Positions 42,901 to 57,900 of a DNA stretch of 64,000 bases are shown piece after piece. Origin of the DNA: Ginglymostoma cirratum (Eukaryota); the NCBI GenBank assembly GCA_024137785.1, contig JAHRHZ010000133.1, positions 31,664,772 through 31,728,771 on the forward strand. Reading direction: 5' to 3'. Numbering within the stretch: position 1 is the stretch's first letter; the number at the start of each line of letters is the position of its first letter. The translations under genes and the position numbers were made by a program. The notes under the pieces are model-generated. The model was not told the DNA's origin. It searched no databases and saw only the letters and a list, made by a program, of their open reading frames with translations.

Positions 42901-45900
42901 ATTTCTGTAATCTTCAAGAAATGAACTTGCAATTAAAAATGCACAGGACCTGTACTTCTATCTTTCTTCACACATTTGACAACACCTTTATACAGCTGCT
43001 AGTCAGTCATAACTATTAACAATGGATTAAAATAAAACTGGAATTGCACAGTTACTACATACCAGATTGCTGCATTGGGATCTCGTTTGCTTTTCTTCCT
43101 CTAGGTCCCGTGTGAGCTGATCAATGGTTTGTCTGAGATTGCCATTTGATTTATCCAACTTGGCATATGTGTCCTAAAAAAAAAAAAAAGTTTTACAAAA
43201 TGAAGTTGATGTTAAGCACCATTTCACCTGTACAGAAAAGCTCTGCCGAAAAAAATCTTGGGCCCTCAAAGCTAGCTCAACATCCTTTTACCACCACCTG
43301 AAATCAAGAACAAGAACCTTAAAACTTGAATCAAAGAACATTAAAAACCCTAATCAGATCAGATTTTCTTTTTGTGTGGCAAAATCACAATCTTCCTCTT
43401 TCCTTCACACAAACATCCAACACTCAAAGCTGAGCCTGTTCTTAGCCGTACCAACGGCTGTAAAATTAATTTTATAAAATGGCAATAGGGAAGAGCGATT
43501 ACTGTAAAATCCCCATAGTAAAAAAATCAGCACATGACATGAATTCCTAATCAAATATTTGAAATTACAAACTAATCACTGCCAACTCACTTTATATCTT
43601 TCTCTTTGATAATTATTCGTCTGGACTGAAATACATGATTCGTGAAAAAGGAATTTAGTTGGCAATAAATAGTTAAATTGCTAAATTGTGAAAACAGAAA
43701 CACAAAGGAAAAAAACTAAAAAGTCAAAAGGGTGTGAAAATGTTAAATATGTAAAATAATCTAAGAGATATTCTTCAAATTACAATCAATTCCGAACATT
43801 TGGTTTAGAATACTGTAGGGGCAAGCATAACCAAAGCTGTTTAATGCTTACATTATGGTGAAGGAAAAGAGCGGCATCAATGGTGAAAGGCATCACTGGC
43901 ATGCAACAACATCTATGGACAAGTTGATTAGAAAATATCTAAAGAGCTGGATTCTTGAGGGTTCTAATAATGCAATAATAATGTTCCTACCTCTGGGCTA
44001 GAAGAATTGGGCACAAGTCCCACCTGCACCAGTGCTGTACCGTAACATGTCTGAACAGGTTGGTTTAAATAAAAAAAAAAAGAGCTGGATTCATAAGGGG
44101 CCTTGTGGCACAGTGGTAGTATCCCTATCTTTGAATCAGGTAGTCTGATTTAAGTCCCAGCTACTCCAGAGCTGTATGATTACATCTTTGAGTGGGGTTA
44201 TTAGCAAATATCTACATGAAATGAATCTTTGTAGAACAGAATAAGTCAATAGTCACACAAATTAAGAGGGTTCTTTTAATAAAAACTTAGGGTTCTTGTG
44301 GTACAGTGGTATTAAACTAAGGTTCAAGTCCCAACTGCTCCAGAGGTGTACCATTACATATCTACAGTATCATTACACATCTTCAGTAACAATATCTATA
44401 AATTGGGATGGGGTTTCTAAAGTTGGGCTATGTTTGGGGGGAAAAGAAACTGGATTATTAAGTGGGCATTGAGGGGGCTGGGCTCCAACACGCTTTAGCA
44501 CCCCTCTATTTTAATTTCAATTATTGTTACACTGTTCCTGGTGGGCAGTGCTTGTAATTTGTTCACTGGTGATCAGCTAATTTGGGGGTGGGCTACTTTA
44601 TTTCAGAAAATAAAAAAAAAAAAAAAAAAGAGTTGGTGCTCTTGTGATGCTGTGGTGACGTTCCCACCTTTGGGCCAGAAGTCCTGAGTTCCCTCCTGCT
44701 CCACAGTTCTGTCATAACACATCTGAACAGGTGGATTATAAATATCTTCTCTTAGGGAGGACTTGTGGCAGGACAAAGTGGGCCTGTTGCAACCTCTGAG
44801 CCAGAACACCCTGATTCAAGTTCCACCAGCTTCAGGAGGTATGTAATAACATGCCTGAATGGGCTTATTAGAAAATGCATTTAAAAACAGATGGATTCCA
44901 AAGTGGCCACTGTGGGGTCTGGGATACATTATTTCCCACTCCATCACTATTTTGATTTAATTTCCCCACCCCCGCTCCCTCAGACATCCCCCTCCGTTTT
45001 TGGTTTTTGATAAATGATACAATACTCTTGGTGGGCAATTTTTGTTTTTTTTAAATCTGGTTATTTTGTTTATTTATAAAGGAAGAGCTGAGTTCTCGCG
45101 TGGGGTTGGCTTCTGGATGAGAAAAGAATAGAGAAGGTAAAAATTAAACTGGTATTTGAGTTAAAATATAAATTTACAACGAAATCTCTGAAATTGAAAA
45201 TCTCTGAAAAGTCTTCTGCCGCTTAATTCGACACACAGATGTTGATCTGTTAATCACACACTGCCACTTTTGGAAAAAACCACTGCAGGGGCAAAAATTC
45301 AACCATTCCCCCCCTACCTCCAAAGTTACCAGCCTAACAGGGCTATGCAACTGTCAGCAATGCACACAGGAAGACTGCTAGCATTAATGAACGGTCCAGG
45401 TCACTCAAGAGTGATGGTGTGATGAGGTCACATAGTTGGGTTACAAGAGGCAGGTAGCTCTGTGGAACATCTTTACCTGATGTTGGGCACCTTGATCAGG
45501 TTGTGCCTTTTCTTTCATTGACAGTGCCATTATTGTATCATTAATGTTCACAGAAACAGAATCAAGTCTGCAACTCTCAGTTGCAGTGACTACGAGGAGG
45601 ACTTGGATGCTAAGCTGATCTCCCCATAAGGCAATCATAATGGGTGCTCCTTAGAGCACTCCTCAGTATTAACTCTTTTGGACCCATATACAGTAGAACA
45701 TGGAACATGCTTCCACTTAACAGTATATTTTTGGCTTATAGCTCTAAAGACAATTTTAAATTTCACTCAAATTCCCTGGCCATCTTATTCAAGTATTTTT
45801 CCTGAAACTCTAACTCATAGTATTCTTACCTGAAGCTGTAAAGTTTTTGTTTCTGTCGATTCTTTTAAGTCAGCAGCATTCTTTACGGATGATTCAAATT

Positions 45901-48900
45901 CTTTGTACTGAAAATGAGAAAAAATGTTTTAAATTATAGGCAAATAAATAATATAGATGAATCTTATTTTTGTTCAAACATAAAAACTGTTAGTTCAATA
46001 AGTTCTGGATACTAAACTGTAATAAATCGAGTTTAAAATGCTTTTCAAATAGATTTTACATTAAAAAGAGCAGCTTTCCATAGTGGAGATTTTCAACTGA
46101 CTAGCACTTTATTAGTCATAGTAAAAGTGATAATTCAGCAGCTGCTAACAAACAAAAGGACAACTGAAGCAGTAGAAATTACTGCACATACCTTTTGTGT
46201 GCAATCACTTAGTCTTTCGAGAAATTTACATTTTTCATTAAGTAGCTGAGAAACTGTTCCTGCGAGTTGTTTTTCTCTCCCTAAAAGAAGTTTAAAATAT
46301 ATGAAACTTAAAGGTAAACTGATTAGATTACAAATGTAAATTCACTGCATCAGGGCATTATACATAGAACTTAAGTGACTTACCCAAGTACCTTCTGCTT
46401 TTGATCTAAAAAGAAAGCAATATACTATCAGTTAACATGTAGTCCAAATGCAAGCGTTACATGAACATCATCATCTCCAGATGCAGTTATTTCTATCTTT
46501 TATGAAATAAATTTGATAAAATAAGTAACTACAATTTGCAACAAGTGCACTTACTGCTCGGCAGATCCTTTGTATAAACAGAAATGTGGTAACAAACCCC
46601 ACCAAAGCTGGTATCAGGAACAATTTGGTGTAAGTACCATGCAGGTTCAAAGTAACTTCAGGATCTTCAGACAATACATCCATCATCTTCAGGTAGAACT
46701 GAAGAAAAAAGAATCACTCAGAGCAGGGGCAAGATTTTAAGAAGTATCAGTAACAGTAATATCCAGAGTGTGGGTAATATTATCAATAATAATGCAGAAG
46801 ATAGTACAACCAATACTGACAGCAACTTTAACAATCAAATCAAATGTACTAACAAAAGTCTCAGCAATGATGCGATCCACAGTAACAGTAATATTACCCC
46901 AAGGTGCAAATAGGTAATACCCAAATCAGTATAAACACATTTTCACAGTACAGAGATTGTCACCAAAAGTATTCGTCAGCTTAATAGTTGAGAACATTAA
47001 CAATATGAACAAAACTACGGGCATACTGTTACATGCATCATCAGAGAAATTGATTTAATCAAAAGTACCAGTGGAAGACACATCAGTCGGGGTAATATTA
47101 TCAAAAATGCTAAATGACATTATTGTGGTCACATTCTGTTGGTGATAGCCTTATTTGCCTTTAAGGTAAAGGTGACATGCTCATTTGGTAGCACTCCAAC
47201 AGGTATGTGACTGATTTTCAAGGCTGATCAGGGCCCAGAAGATTCTGATGCAAATAAGACAAGATAATACAGATAATTGCAGTTTGGCAAGTTGCTGGGT
47301 TCAGATTCCTCTTGTTGTGCTTTCTCACTGCTTCTTGAAGTTTGCCTTCTTTGAAAGAAGGCTGCATTAATTTTTCGATAAAATGTGGAGGAGGAGGAGG
47401 AGCACAGCAGGTCAGACACCATCCGAGAAGCAGGAAAGTTGCTGTTTCGATTCGGGACCCTTCATCATTACATCAACTTTCCTGCTCCTCGGACACTGTC
47501 TGACCTGCTGCGCTCCTCCAGCTCCACATTTTATCAACACTGACTTCCAGCACCTGCAGTCTTTGCTATCTCCTAGTTGCATTAATTTTTCATTTGGCTG
47601 TGCCAGATTAGTAATTGGTTCTCCAAGGACTCTTAAAATAGGCTTTTAGTGATCTTGTAATGCTTCTTCTGAACACAATGAAAATGCAATCCAGAGTTAG
47701 AACAGTATAATCAAATCCTAAACAGCTGAGATTAGGAAACCTGGGGTCCCTCCAGGTCTTGGCTTGCCAAAGTCTACTGGGATGTTGCTACCGTCACATG
47801 CTAACAAAGACTTGATATCCACAGATGAAAACTTGGTAAAACAAAGACCAATACAGGATAAACCATGTCAGACTGCAGCAAGCCCAACTGTGAGCTCCAT
47901 TACACACTCATGCTAATACAACAAATGGATTACAGAGTCAAGCAAAAGGCAAGAAGTAAGAATCCACAAGGTTTGGTTCTGGGACCACCATAGATTCCCA
48001 CTTACACAAAAGAACTGGGCTTGAGAATTAGAATTGCATTTTAAAATTTTGTAGACTGACCCAAATTGAGCTGTGTGGTTAATACAGAAGATCTGAAACA
48101 TAAACTTCAATATGGATTAGTGTAAGATGACACACTTTTGTATGAAGAACAGGGAAGTCCTACACTATTTAGAAATAAGTATCTAAATATATTAGATGGG
48201 GTTGGATCTGGGGATACACAGATCACTAAAATCAGGAACACATTTTAATCAGGTCATTGAAGAACCTAATAAAGCACTGAAGCAATCATATCAAGAAGAA
48301 TATAATTGAAAAACAGAATAATTGTTTCAAACATGGGGAAAAATAACTGGTCAGATGATACTTTGGACAATGTGAATAGTTCTGCTTTCTGCACGATTAA
48401 ACTGATATGCAGAAATTGGAAAAGGTGCAAATAAAGAACTACTAGGATGAAATAGAAATTCAATGTTACACTTATCAGGAAAGATGGAACAGATCAAGAC
48501 ACTTTCCACGAGATAAACAAAGATTGAGCAATAACCTCTTGGGATGATACCGAGTGTAACATCAGATATAACTGCATTCTTGGGTTACCCTGACTCCAAG
48601 AACAGCGAGTACTGCAATTCCTAGGATCGCGCTGATCGTATTGGACGACATTACTGCAACTTCTGAGGTTACACTAACTGCACTAGGATAGACATTACTG
48701 CAATTCCTAGAAAAACACTAGGCAATACTTGGGGAATTATTGTAATTCCAAGAGCAAGTTTGTCTGTACTGCTGAGATATCACTGCAATTGTCGATGGCG
48801 CACTGAGAATGCCAGGAGAGATGTTACTGTAATCTCTGGGGTAATACTGACTGAACTGGGGGTATATTCCTGTCATTCCCAAGGTGAGGCTGACGGTATC

Positions 48901-51900
48901 GGGGTTGGGGCGGGGGGAGAAACAATACTATTGTATTTCCCGAACAAAACACCGCTTGTGCCGAGATGAAATGATAGTAACTCGCGTGATAAATACCGGG
49001 GTCGGTTTCCCTCCCGCCCGCCTGCCTACTTTAACCCCAAGTCTTACTGGTCTCTCTTTCTCTCTCAGTCAGGCCGGTCCCTCTGGGCCGAACGCCATCT
49101 TTAAAGGTCCGGGAGGTTTGCCCCCCACTTTACATATCCGGGTCAAAGGGCATCTCCGGGAATCAACTTCCGCTTTGGTGCGGAGCGGCTGAATGGAAAT
49201 GGGGAGGAATGGGAATGAATAGGGATACAGAGGATGGGAATGGGATGGGAACAGAGTAGGGGGAGGGGATGAGGGAAGTAAAAACCAAAAGAACTGCGGA
49301 TGCTGTAAATCAGAGAGAAAAACAGATATTGCTGGAAAAGCTCAGCAAGTCTGGCAGTATCAATGGAGAGAAATTGGAGTTAATGTTTTTGCTCACGTGA
49401 CCCTTAGGCCAGAGGGAGGGAAGATAAGAATATGGGGATTGGGGTGAGAGTGGAGGAAAAGGGAGGGGACCTGGAAGTGGGTGCAAAAAATGGGTGGGGG
49501 AGATGAGGTAGGTAGTGACGGGGTGAGGGAGAGGGATTACAGGAAGGGGAGAAGGGTGAGAGAGTAGTGGGTGGAGGGGGGAGTTGGGCAATGGGTGTCA
49601 TTCAATATGACTGAGATCACAGGAGTGCACAGTGGTCTAGTCCCACAACACCATTCATCATAACAAAACAAAAATACTTTTTCCAGGGTGATGACTTAAA
49701 TAATTTATCTCTGTCAGGTTTCAAACAAAATTTAGCAACTAGCTTTCTTAATAAACTAATTATTGGCATCATAATTATTATCAAAACAAAACTTAATTAA
49801 CAAATTAATGTTCTGGTAGATGGGTTTGAATCCCACCATGTCAGGTAGTGAAATGTGAATTCAATAAAAAAAATCTTCAATTCAGAAGCTAGTGTGTAAC
49901 TGCTGTCAATGGTTCTAAAACGCCATCTGATTCAAGGACAGTTGATTTCTTTCCCTGGTCTGGCCTAGATGTGACTCCAGACCCACGGTAATATGGTTGA
50001 CTCTTAACTGCTCAGTAGGGAATTGGGGATGGACAATAAATGCTGGCCTAGACAGTGATGCCCACATCCCATGAATGAATTTAAAAATGATAATTGACAT
50101 ACATCTCAGTCATATAGAAGTGAGGGCCCTCCTGTGCCATTGGTGGTAATGTTCCTATCCCTGGACCGAGCGGCCCGGGTTCAAATCCCACCTGCTCCAG
50201 AAGTGTGTAATAACATCTCTGAACTGGTTTTTTAGAAAAACAGATCAAGTAAAAATTAAAAACAGATTTCTCTGCAGCGATTAGCTTTTGGAGTAAGAAC
50301 ACTTTGGCCTACGGGTTAATTTTGAAAAGGATAAAGGGTGGAATTTTCCAGTCTGCATCTCTAATGTTTCAGCAGAAGAGGCCAGCATGTGTTGCATTGA
50401 AATAGGCACATTGTATATTTTTGCCTGCATATTTCTTCAATTACTCTGGAAGGGTAAAGTATTTAAAACATTTCAGCAAGAAAATGTTGCAGTGGACTTG
50501 ACTGGGTAGATAAGAGTCTAAGACAAAGGGCATAATTTCAGAATAAGAGGTCACATATTTCAGACTGAGATGAGGAAAAATTTCTTCTTTCAGAGGGTAG
50601 TGTACCTATGGGATTATCTAACACAATGCCATCAAGGCTCAGACATTAAGTACATTCAAGGCTGTCACAGATTTTTAATCAGTGAAGGAATCAAAGGTTA
50701 CAAGGAATGTGCAGTTGAGAATTATCAGATCAGACGTGATCTCAATCTATTCCTATGTCTTATAGTCATAACAGGTAAAGCTAACAGTTAACACACTGCT
50801 ACTATGTAGTAGCAATGTGAGTGATGTTCACCATTAACTGGATGTTGCTGTCAAGCCAAAGAAATGTTCTTCCCATCACACAAATAAGTAATTTGTGAAT
50901 TTCAGTGCTGGTGAGATGCCAAGTCGTGTGTCCCAGAGACTGACAAATCGTATCAGGCAACATTTCCCTTAGGCTGTTTGCAACAAACAGGGTTATACCG
51001 TAGTCAACCAGCCCACACTTGGCAAAATATTAGATATTCTTCTGCAATTGGACAGCATTTGCTACATAATGCCGAATGTGCTGACAACCAATTTATCAAA
51101 GGTTATCATTTGACCTCCCAGTAAGGTGTACTTGGGTGTACTGGAAGCTACAAACATTGGGTTCTTTATAGTTGGAAAGATACTCACTGCCTGTTTCAAT
51201 AAAATGGATGACAGCAATTCTCCAGCTCATTTCTCAAAGGCAATGTATTCACCAATCAATTCTCAAAAAAAGTTCTAAAGTAAAGGTAAAAATAAGTTAT
51301 GCTGTGTGAGCACTGGTAAGTGGCCTGTGATTGGTAGATGTGTTGTCATAGAGAATTCACCAGTCAGTGCTTTGTTTACAAATTAGACAAAACAGTTATT
51401 TATCATTCATCAAATCAAAGGCCACATGTCAACTCACCAGTCCTCACACAGTAGAACTAATTTTTTCCCTTTGGGCAATTCTTGAGAAATGTCTTAATGA
51501 GTGCAAGACAAAAACTTTGACAAAAAATGTCTTTTTTCAGCAGTACTCAATTTTAAGATGTTTCTTCAATCACTCTTTCAAAAGACCAAATAAGTATAAC
51601 CCTTAACTAAAGAATATTTTCTTTTCAGAAATGGGAGAGATCAGCTGAGTAACTGCTCCTTAGCAGGCTTTCTTCCAACTGAACCAGATAAAACAAGAAC
51701 CTTGCCGAGCCAGTAATTTTTCAAAACAGCCTCAGCAGGAATTTATAGCAAAGCCAGCAGTTATTACCAGTCATGTGACTTACAGGAAGCCTTGCTGAAA
51801 CCAAACTCCAAAGTCCACAGTGAACTTTCAATGACCCTTTTCTCTAAGTGTTTCCACAATCCTTGAGAAATAAATCAATTTTCCATAATCCATAATTAAG

Positions 51901-54900
51901 AGCTAAGTTTTCCAGGCAAGATTAAATAGCAAATAGCTTTGAAACAATTGAATAAGTTGGAAAAATATTGTTTTTCCTACATTTTCTATCAATTCAAAGG
52001 GCATGCTTCCTTAGCCTTTTTCCATTTTCAGCTAATCAAATTGAAACAAAAGATCTTCATCTCGAGCTATTGCTACTAATGCAGCAATTTTTGTTTCATC
52101 AAAAGCCTAAAATACAGACTACAATATAAAAACTAACAAATGTCTCTCATGTATGGTAATGGTTTAGGAAATTAAAACCTACAGATCATGAGTCCAAGCA
52201 TGTAAATTTAAAATTCGATTTAGCAGATTTGGTAGTTTTTGGCATAACATATTATTGTGTTGTTGGATTACTGGGGTGAAATTTTTCCATACGAGTGCAA
52301 ACTTCTTCAAAGTATGTATATGTTACACAAGTTGTTTTTGTATTACAACTAGCGGCTCAAGTCCACAGATATCTTGGATACTAATTTACATAACCAAATT
52401 CGTTTGCACATGATAATAGAGAGAACATCAGTCAGAACTTGAGAATGATGTTGGACAGATTCTGGTAAAAACTACAGTTCTGTGTCTAGCTTGCATCTAA
52501 GTATCCCTGTGGTACAGAGTTTTCAATCATGTTACAAAATTAAAGGAGTTTTTTTTCTGTAGTTAAAGACTTATTTGTCCACTAAGTGTTGATTTTAATT
52601 TGTTTGTTACAGTAAAATACTTAAAACCTGAAATCTTGTAGGTGCCAGAAATGTAGGAGGATACACAGACATGTGATTTGATCCTTGGGGGTACACTATT
52701 ACCATAACAATTTAGGTGAGCTAAGTGGTGGAAAGTTTTAATCTGACAAGGATGCTTTTGATAAGGAACAAAGTATTGTTACGGGTCAACTAAATTTCAA
52801 GACCAGAATGTTAATTCAGTCATCGACAATAAAGTTGACAATGGCAAGCGCTGAACCGATAATCTGGAGGAAATGCAGATAGGAACTGTAACTGTTGATC
52901 TGCAGAATCCAAGGTAACAGCTGTGTGTAGCCAGCAGAACAGGAAAATTGTCGGCATGCATGAGGCACTTAGTAAAGGAACATGGTCAGTTTGGATGCTG
53001 CTTGTAAAGATGCAGTGACAGCTCCCTGAATGAGCTGTTTCCAAAACACCTAGAGAATCATAAATTAGCAGAAACATGCTTACACAAGGGGAAATCAAGT
53101 CTTCCATGCTGGCAGGATAGTAAGAGGGCAGAGAAATAGTGATCAATTAAGGTGGGATGGATCAAAGTACCTGAGATTAGATAAATAAGCAATGATATGG
53201 ATGAGGAGAGTGGAGGAAAATCTGAGAGGGGCTGAAAGAGGAAAAAAACACATACTGAGCTTCCAGTCACATGTCCACATCATTACTAGGATAATCAACT
53301 GCCAGTTTGCAATGCTTGGCTTGTTATCTCAACTCAGTTGTTGCAGAAATAAACAAACAAAACTCCGCTTCTATGCTGTTTCACTTCTGGACGGCAGTTA
53401 ATGCATTGTCCTCTTAAATTTGATATCATGCAAATCTTTACAATTTTGAAATATCTCACCGACAGATGCTCTCTATGCTTGATGAACTACATTGGCTCCC
53501 CATGAAACAAAGCATGATCTTGGGTTGACATTCTTGCTTTCACATTTATCCGTACCCTTGGCCTTCCCTGCTCAAACCTCTCCCCTTCTCTGCTTTCCTC
53601 CTTTAAGAAGATTTTGATTATTTGGTCTAATTTTATGTGGCTTGATATCATACTTTATTTCATGGTGTTCCTCTGAAATGTCTTGTGAGATTTATCATGT
53701 TAAAGGGAGACGTTAGAAGTGTGGACTTATCACTGTTGGAAACTCTGCCTCTTTCACCTCCCTTTTAATCTTTATCATAAGACATTCAAAGCACTTCACA
53801 TGAGTGCTATCAAACAAGTCACATAAGGAAATATTAGGACTGGTGACAGAACACTTGGCAAAAGTTAAAAGTTTTGAGCAGCACCTGAAAGCAAGGGATT
53901 CCAGACAGGCAGTGATTTAGGGAAAAAATTCCAGTGATATTGACCAAAGCATTCGAAGACATGGCCACTGAGAGTGGAACAATTAATATTAAGTTGTGAA
54001 AGAGACTGGAATTGAAGATATTTCCACATGTTTTTAGGGCTGAAGAGGTTTAAAATCAAAGTGTTATGGATTGAGAAACAATGATTGGTAGGGGTCCAAT
54101 CAAGAGAACATTGAAGTAGTCAGGTTTCAAGTATCATAGGCACAAATGAGTATTTCAAGAGTAGATATGCTGATGAAGGGGCAGGGAAATGCAATAGTTT
54201 GGAGCTGCAAGTAGCAGCCTTGGTGAGGAATGGATATGAGATTGAACAAGTGCTCAGGGTTGAATAGGATGATACTCCATCGCAAAGGCAACGAACTAAG
54301 TGCATGTTTGGATGTCATACGGACAGATTAGATTTGAATGATTCTGTTGGGAATGCTCAGATATGATAAGTGAGCACTTGAATAAGTTACTGAGTCAGGA
54401 GCATCTTACTCAAGTATAAGGCAAAATAGGGAAGGCAGTGAAGAGAAAGAAAAAGGAGAACTTGCAAGTTATAAAATTAAAGGAAATTAAATATGTATCT
54501 ATTTGCATGAAACAATATGCAGTAGAAGCACTAAGGTTGTAGCCCCAACTCTTTGTACTTCACAAATGAAGTGTTACTTACATTTTTGATGAACTGGTCA
54601 GTTAATATCTGGATAGCCTGGAAATCAAGGTAAAAGCTATTGGCTACTTTGTAGACATCTATTTTCTGGACACTCGGCTGATATTCTGTTAAGAACAAAA
54701 TTAAATAATAAAGCAAAATAATTCAGACTTTATGTAAAATCATGCACACCAACAGGTTTCATCATTCATGCTTACCTTTAGTATTTTCAGTTGCAACTTT
54801 GACTTTTGAATTGATGATTAGTGATGATTTTTTAACCTCAAAATCTTTATTCAAAGATGAAGATGTCATTTTCTCTTCTGTCTTGTCATAAGCTCTTTCA

Positions 54901-57900
54901 TCAGTCTTAATATCATGTGACTTTTTCTGTAAATGATTTCCTAATTTCATTTCCATGGCAGTTTTGACAGCTGCTTTCTCCAAATCTGGTATTTTTTCCG
55001 AAAGGTTGGACAGAGGCATTTCCAATGTGGGTGTCTCCATGACTTCTGAAGTAATATCTTTGGTCCTCATCTGCTCCTGGATATCTTTGTTTGTTTGACC
55101 ATTCTCACCATAAATATCTGAAATTTGCTTGTTATTTGTAACACCAGCTTCCAAAGCATCTCCTGAACTGAAAGCATCTGTAAAATAAAGAATTAAAGTG
55201 CTTGTTGTCTCTAGTTTTCTGTAGTGGTATGAAGAAATGGCTCTTGGATGCTCAACCTGATTTTGATGGCCTGAAAATTGATATCAAAACACTAGCACAG
55301 ATTGTGATGCACATCATGAATTAGGGATAAGTATTATTTTTGGATTAGAAATTTTGAGACAAACAGCAAAGAAAACACAGTTCTAACAGATGCATTGTTT
55401 CACAAACATTGGAAAAATTGGAAGGCATCAATTATTGTAGTAAGCGTGAAAACATAAAATCAACCTCTAAAACCTTGGACGTTAATTTGTGAAAATTTAA
55501 TACTTATGCTAATACAACATTTCCATTTTCTTCCAATGACTGGCTATTCTTTATAATTTGAGTTTTCTCTTAATTTGTCTCTAAATTGATGCATCACCTT
55601 TGGGTTGAGACATCAAGCAGGGCACTTTGGATTTCTACCAGTGCATCAGCAAAATCAACGTCAATTTGTATAATGCTTTTTGCACAATGAACCAGCTCAA
55701 GGCATTTCAAATGCATTCCAAAAAGTATGACACTGACCCACACCAAACCAGGGTTTAAAATAACTTGGGCAGTGCCATTTCTGATTTGCTCCCTATCCAA
55801 CAAGGAAACAATTGTTTACTTGGCAACATTTATATTCATGTAGTTTAGAATTAGACCTGTGTGACACCACTGCGCATCACTGCTCCATTGTATTTTACTA
55901 CACGAAAGACCAATACATTCTACTGAATACAGTGTTATTTAAATGCGTGTGGTATATTACAAGATCCATGCTTGTTAGATTGCCTTTTATGTTGCAAAGT
56001 GTAATGAAGTTGCTTGTATCATGATTCCTTGTTGTGATTTTACTTGTGAATCTTTTCTCAGTTCAATACACAACAGAAATGTGTCTATGAGGCTGGGATA
56101 GAATTTTTTTCTTGTATTTTGGTTGAGAAATTAAGTACTGGAGAACACCGTAACACATCTTTGGAACACCTAAAGTTAATTTTCAGGAAGTTCGAGCAAT
56201 TTGAAAGATTATACAATGTGCACATCATGGTTAGGTTCACTGTACTTAATTGAAGAATGGTGCTGAATGCTACTTAAGATCAATAGGGGAATTCAACCCT
56301 AACAAAGAGGGCTAGTGTAATTTCAACACAATGTTACACAGTTGGCCGAAACCAAACACAATAGAGATGTTGATAAAGTAAATGTTTTCCTCATCACAGT
56401 AAAGCCTGTATTTTTGAGGTGGTATCTAACTGATTTTTCCTGCAAGACCCATTATTATGGACTGTTCTGAAATTATGGCCTCACATTCATGCCATGATTA
56501 TGAAATCACACTGGGAGTTGTTTTCCACAAAAGGAAACCGTTAACAAGTGAGATTGTTGCAGATTACATTCACAAATTAAAGAAACTCTCTCATTACTGT
56601 GGGTATGTCGCAAAGGAGATACTTTCCTAAACTTTCAAGGAACAACCTGGCCATGGAAACCAAGTTCACAGTCTCGGAGTCAGCAATTTAGATACCTCTG
56701 TTGCCTTATTAGCCACCAACTATTCACACGTTCCCATTTCGAAATTGATATGCCTCTGCAAAAGTCAGTCACATCCAGACAACATACAGGAATGATAGAA
56801 ACAGAAATACTCACGCCAGTTTGTAATAAAGCACTAAGTCAATGCCTTGCATCTGGTCAAGGCTGTGATTTCTAGAAAGTTCTTTCAGGGGTCTGAAATG
56901 GGAAATGATAGATGTGGAAACAGAAGCTGGTGTTTTTCGGCAGCAAGATCAAGAGTTTTACTGAGTCAGAGAATGAGCAGCACATAGAAGATGACAGTAC
57001 TAATAATAAACTAAACAATAACACTGAAAGTCTGAGATTTACAACTTTCATCATTGATACAGCTGCTGCACTGTCTGTAGTCTCAGAAGGAGAATATTAA
57101 AATTCACAAATAACATTCCATTAATCAAATCTGTGTGAAACCGACTAGGTTATTTCAATAATAACATTGTAGTGTTAGTTCAAGTTACTGTTAGCATGGG
57201 ATACAATAATGCCTCCCGCTACCTGCCATCGGGAATAGTAGAGAGGAAGAGAGTCACCATCCTGACTTAAAATATATTGCTGTTACTTCAGGTTTGCTCA
57301 GTCAAAATCCTGAAACTCTCTCCCCACAGTACAAGGGGTTTAACTACACTGCATGGACTACAACAGTTTAAAATGCAGCTCACCACAATCTACTACAGAG
57401 TAACTAAAGGAGGACAATAATGCTGGCCCAGCAAGTGAAGCTCAAATCCCATAAATAAGTAATGTAAAAGCTCCTAAACGTTTTCATCTTGAACTTATCA
57501 GAACAATTCACAAGAATTATCAACGTAAAGTGGAAACAACATTTATCTTTTATAAGAGGAGACCGCTGCTTGGTTGGCAGTAGACTCTTGATTAGTAGAG
57601 GTATTGCCATGAGGAACTCACTAGTCAGATGATTACTTGACAGTTAACTGCCGAGTTTTGTTAATTTTTAAGCCAGGCAGGTTGACTCTCATTGAACAAA
57701 GAATGGCCATCAGTTATTTTGTTAAGTGAAACAGGCATACTGTATGTTCTACATGTTCTACATGTAGGTTCCAGAATAGGCTCAAAATTTTGAGATACCT
57801 CACCCTCACTAAGTAATATGATATAGGCTGGGCACTTTTCCAAAAGTGATGACTTTGGGCCAGTTCATGAGTGCACAACATGTAGTGAAATATGATCAAT

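Noticed and set aside
47217-47366. ~49-aa - strand ORF (MQPSFKEGKLQEAV...) upstream of the TM exon
   Set aside because: No homology recognised; ends in a stop; its ATG lies within a PLE TSD; not needed for the exon chain.
48560-48900. Possible CRISPR-like periodic array
   Set aside because: Eukaryotic context; units are degenerate along their whole length, with no repeat-spacer pattern or cas genes.
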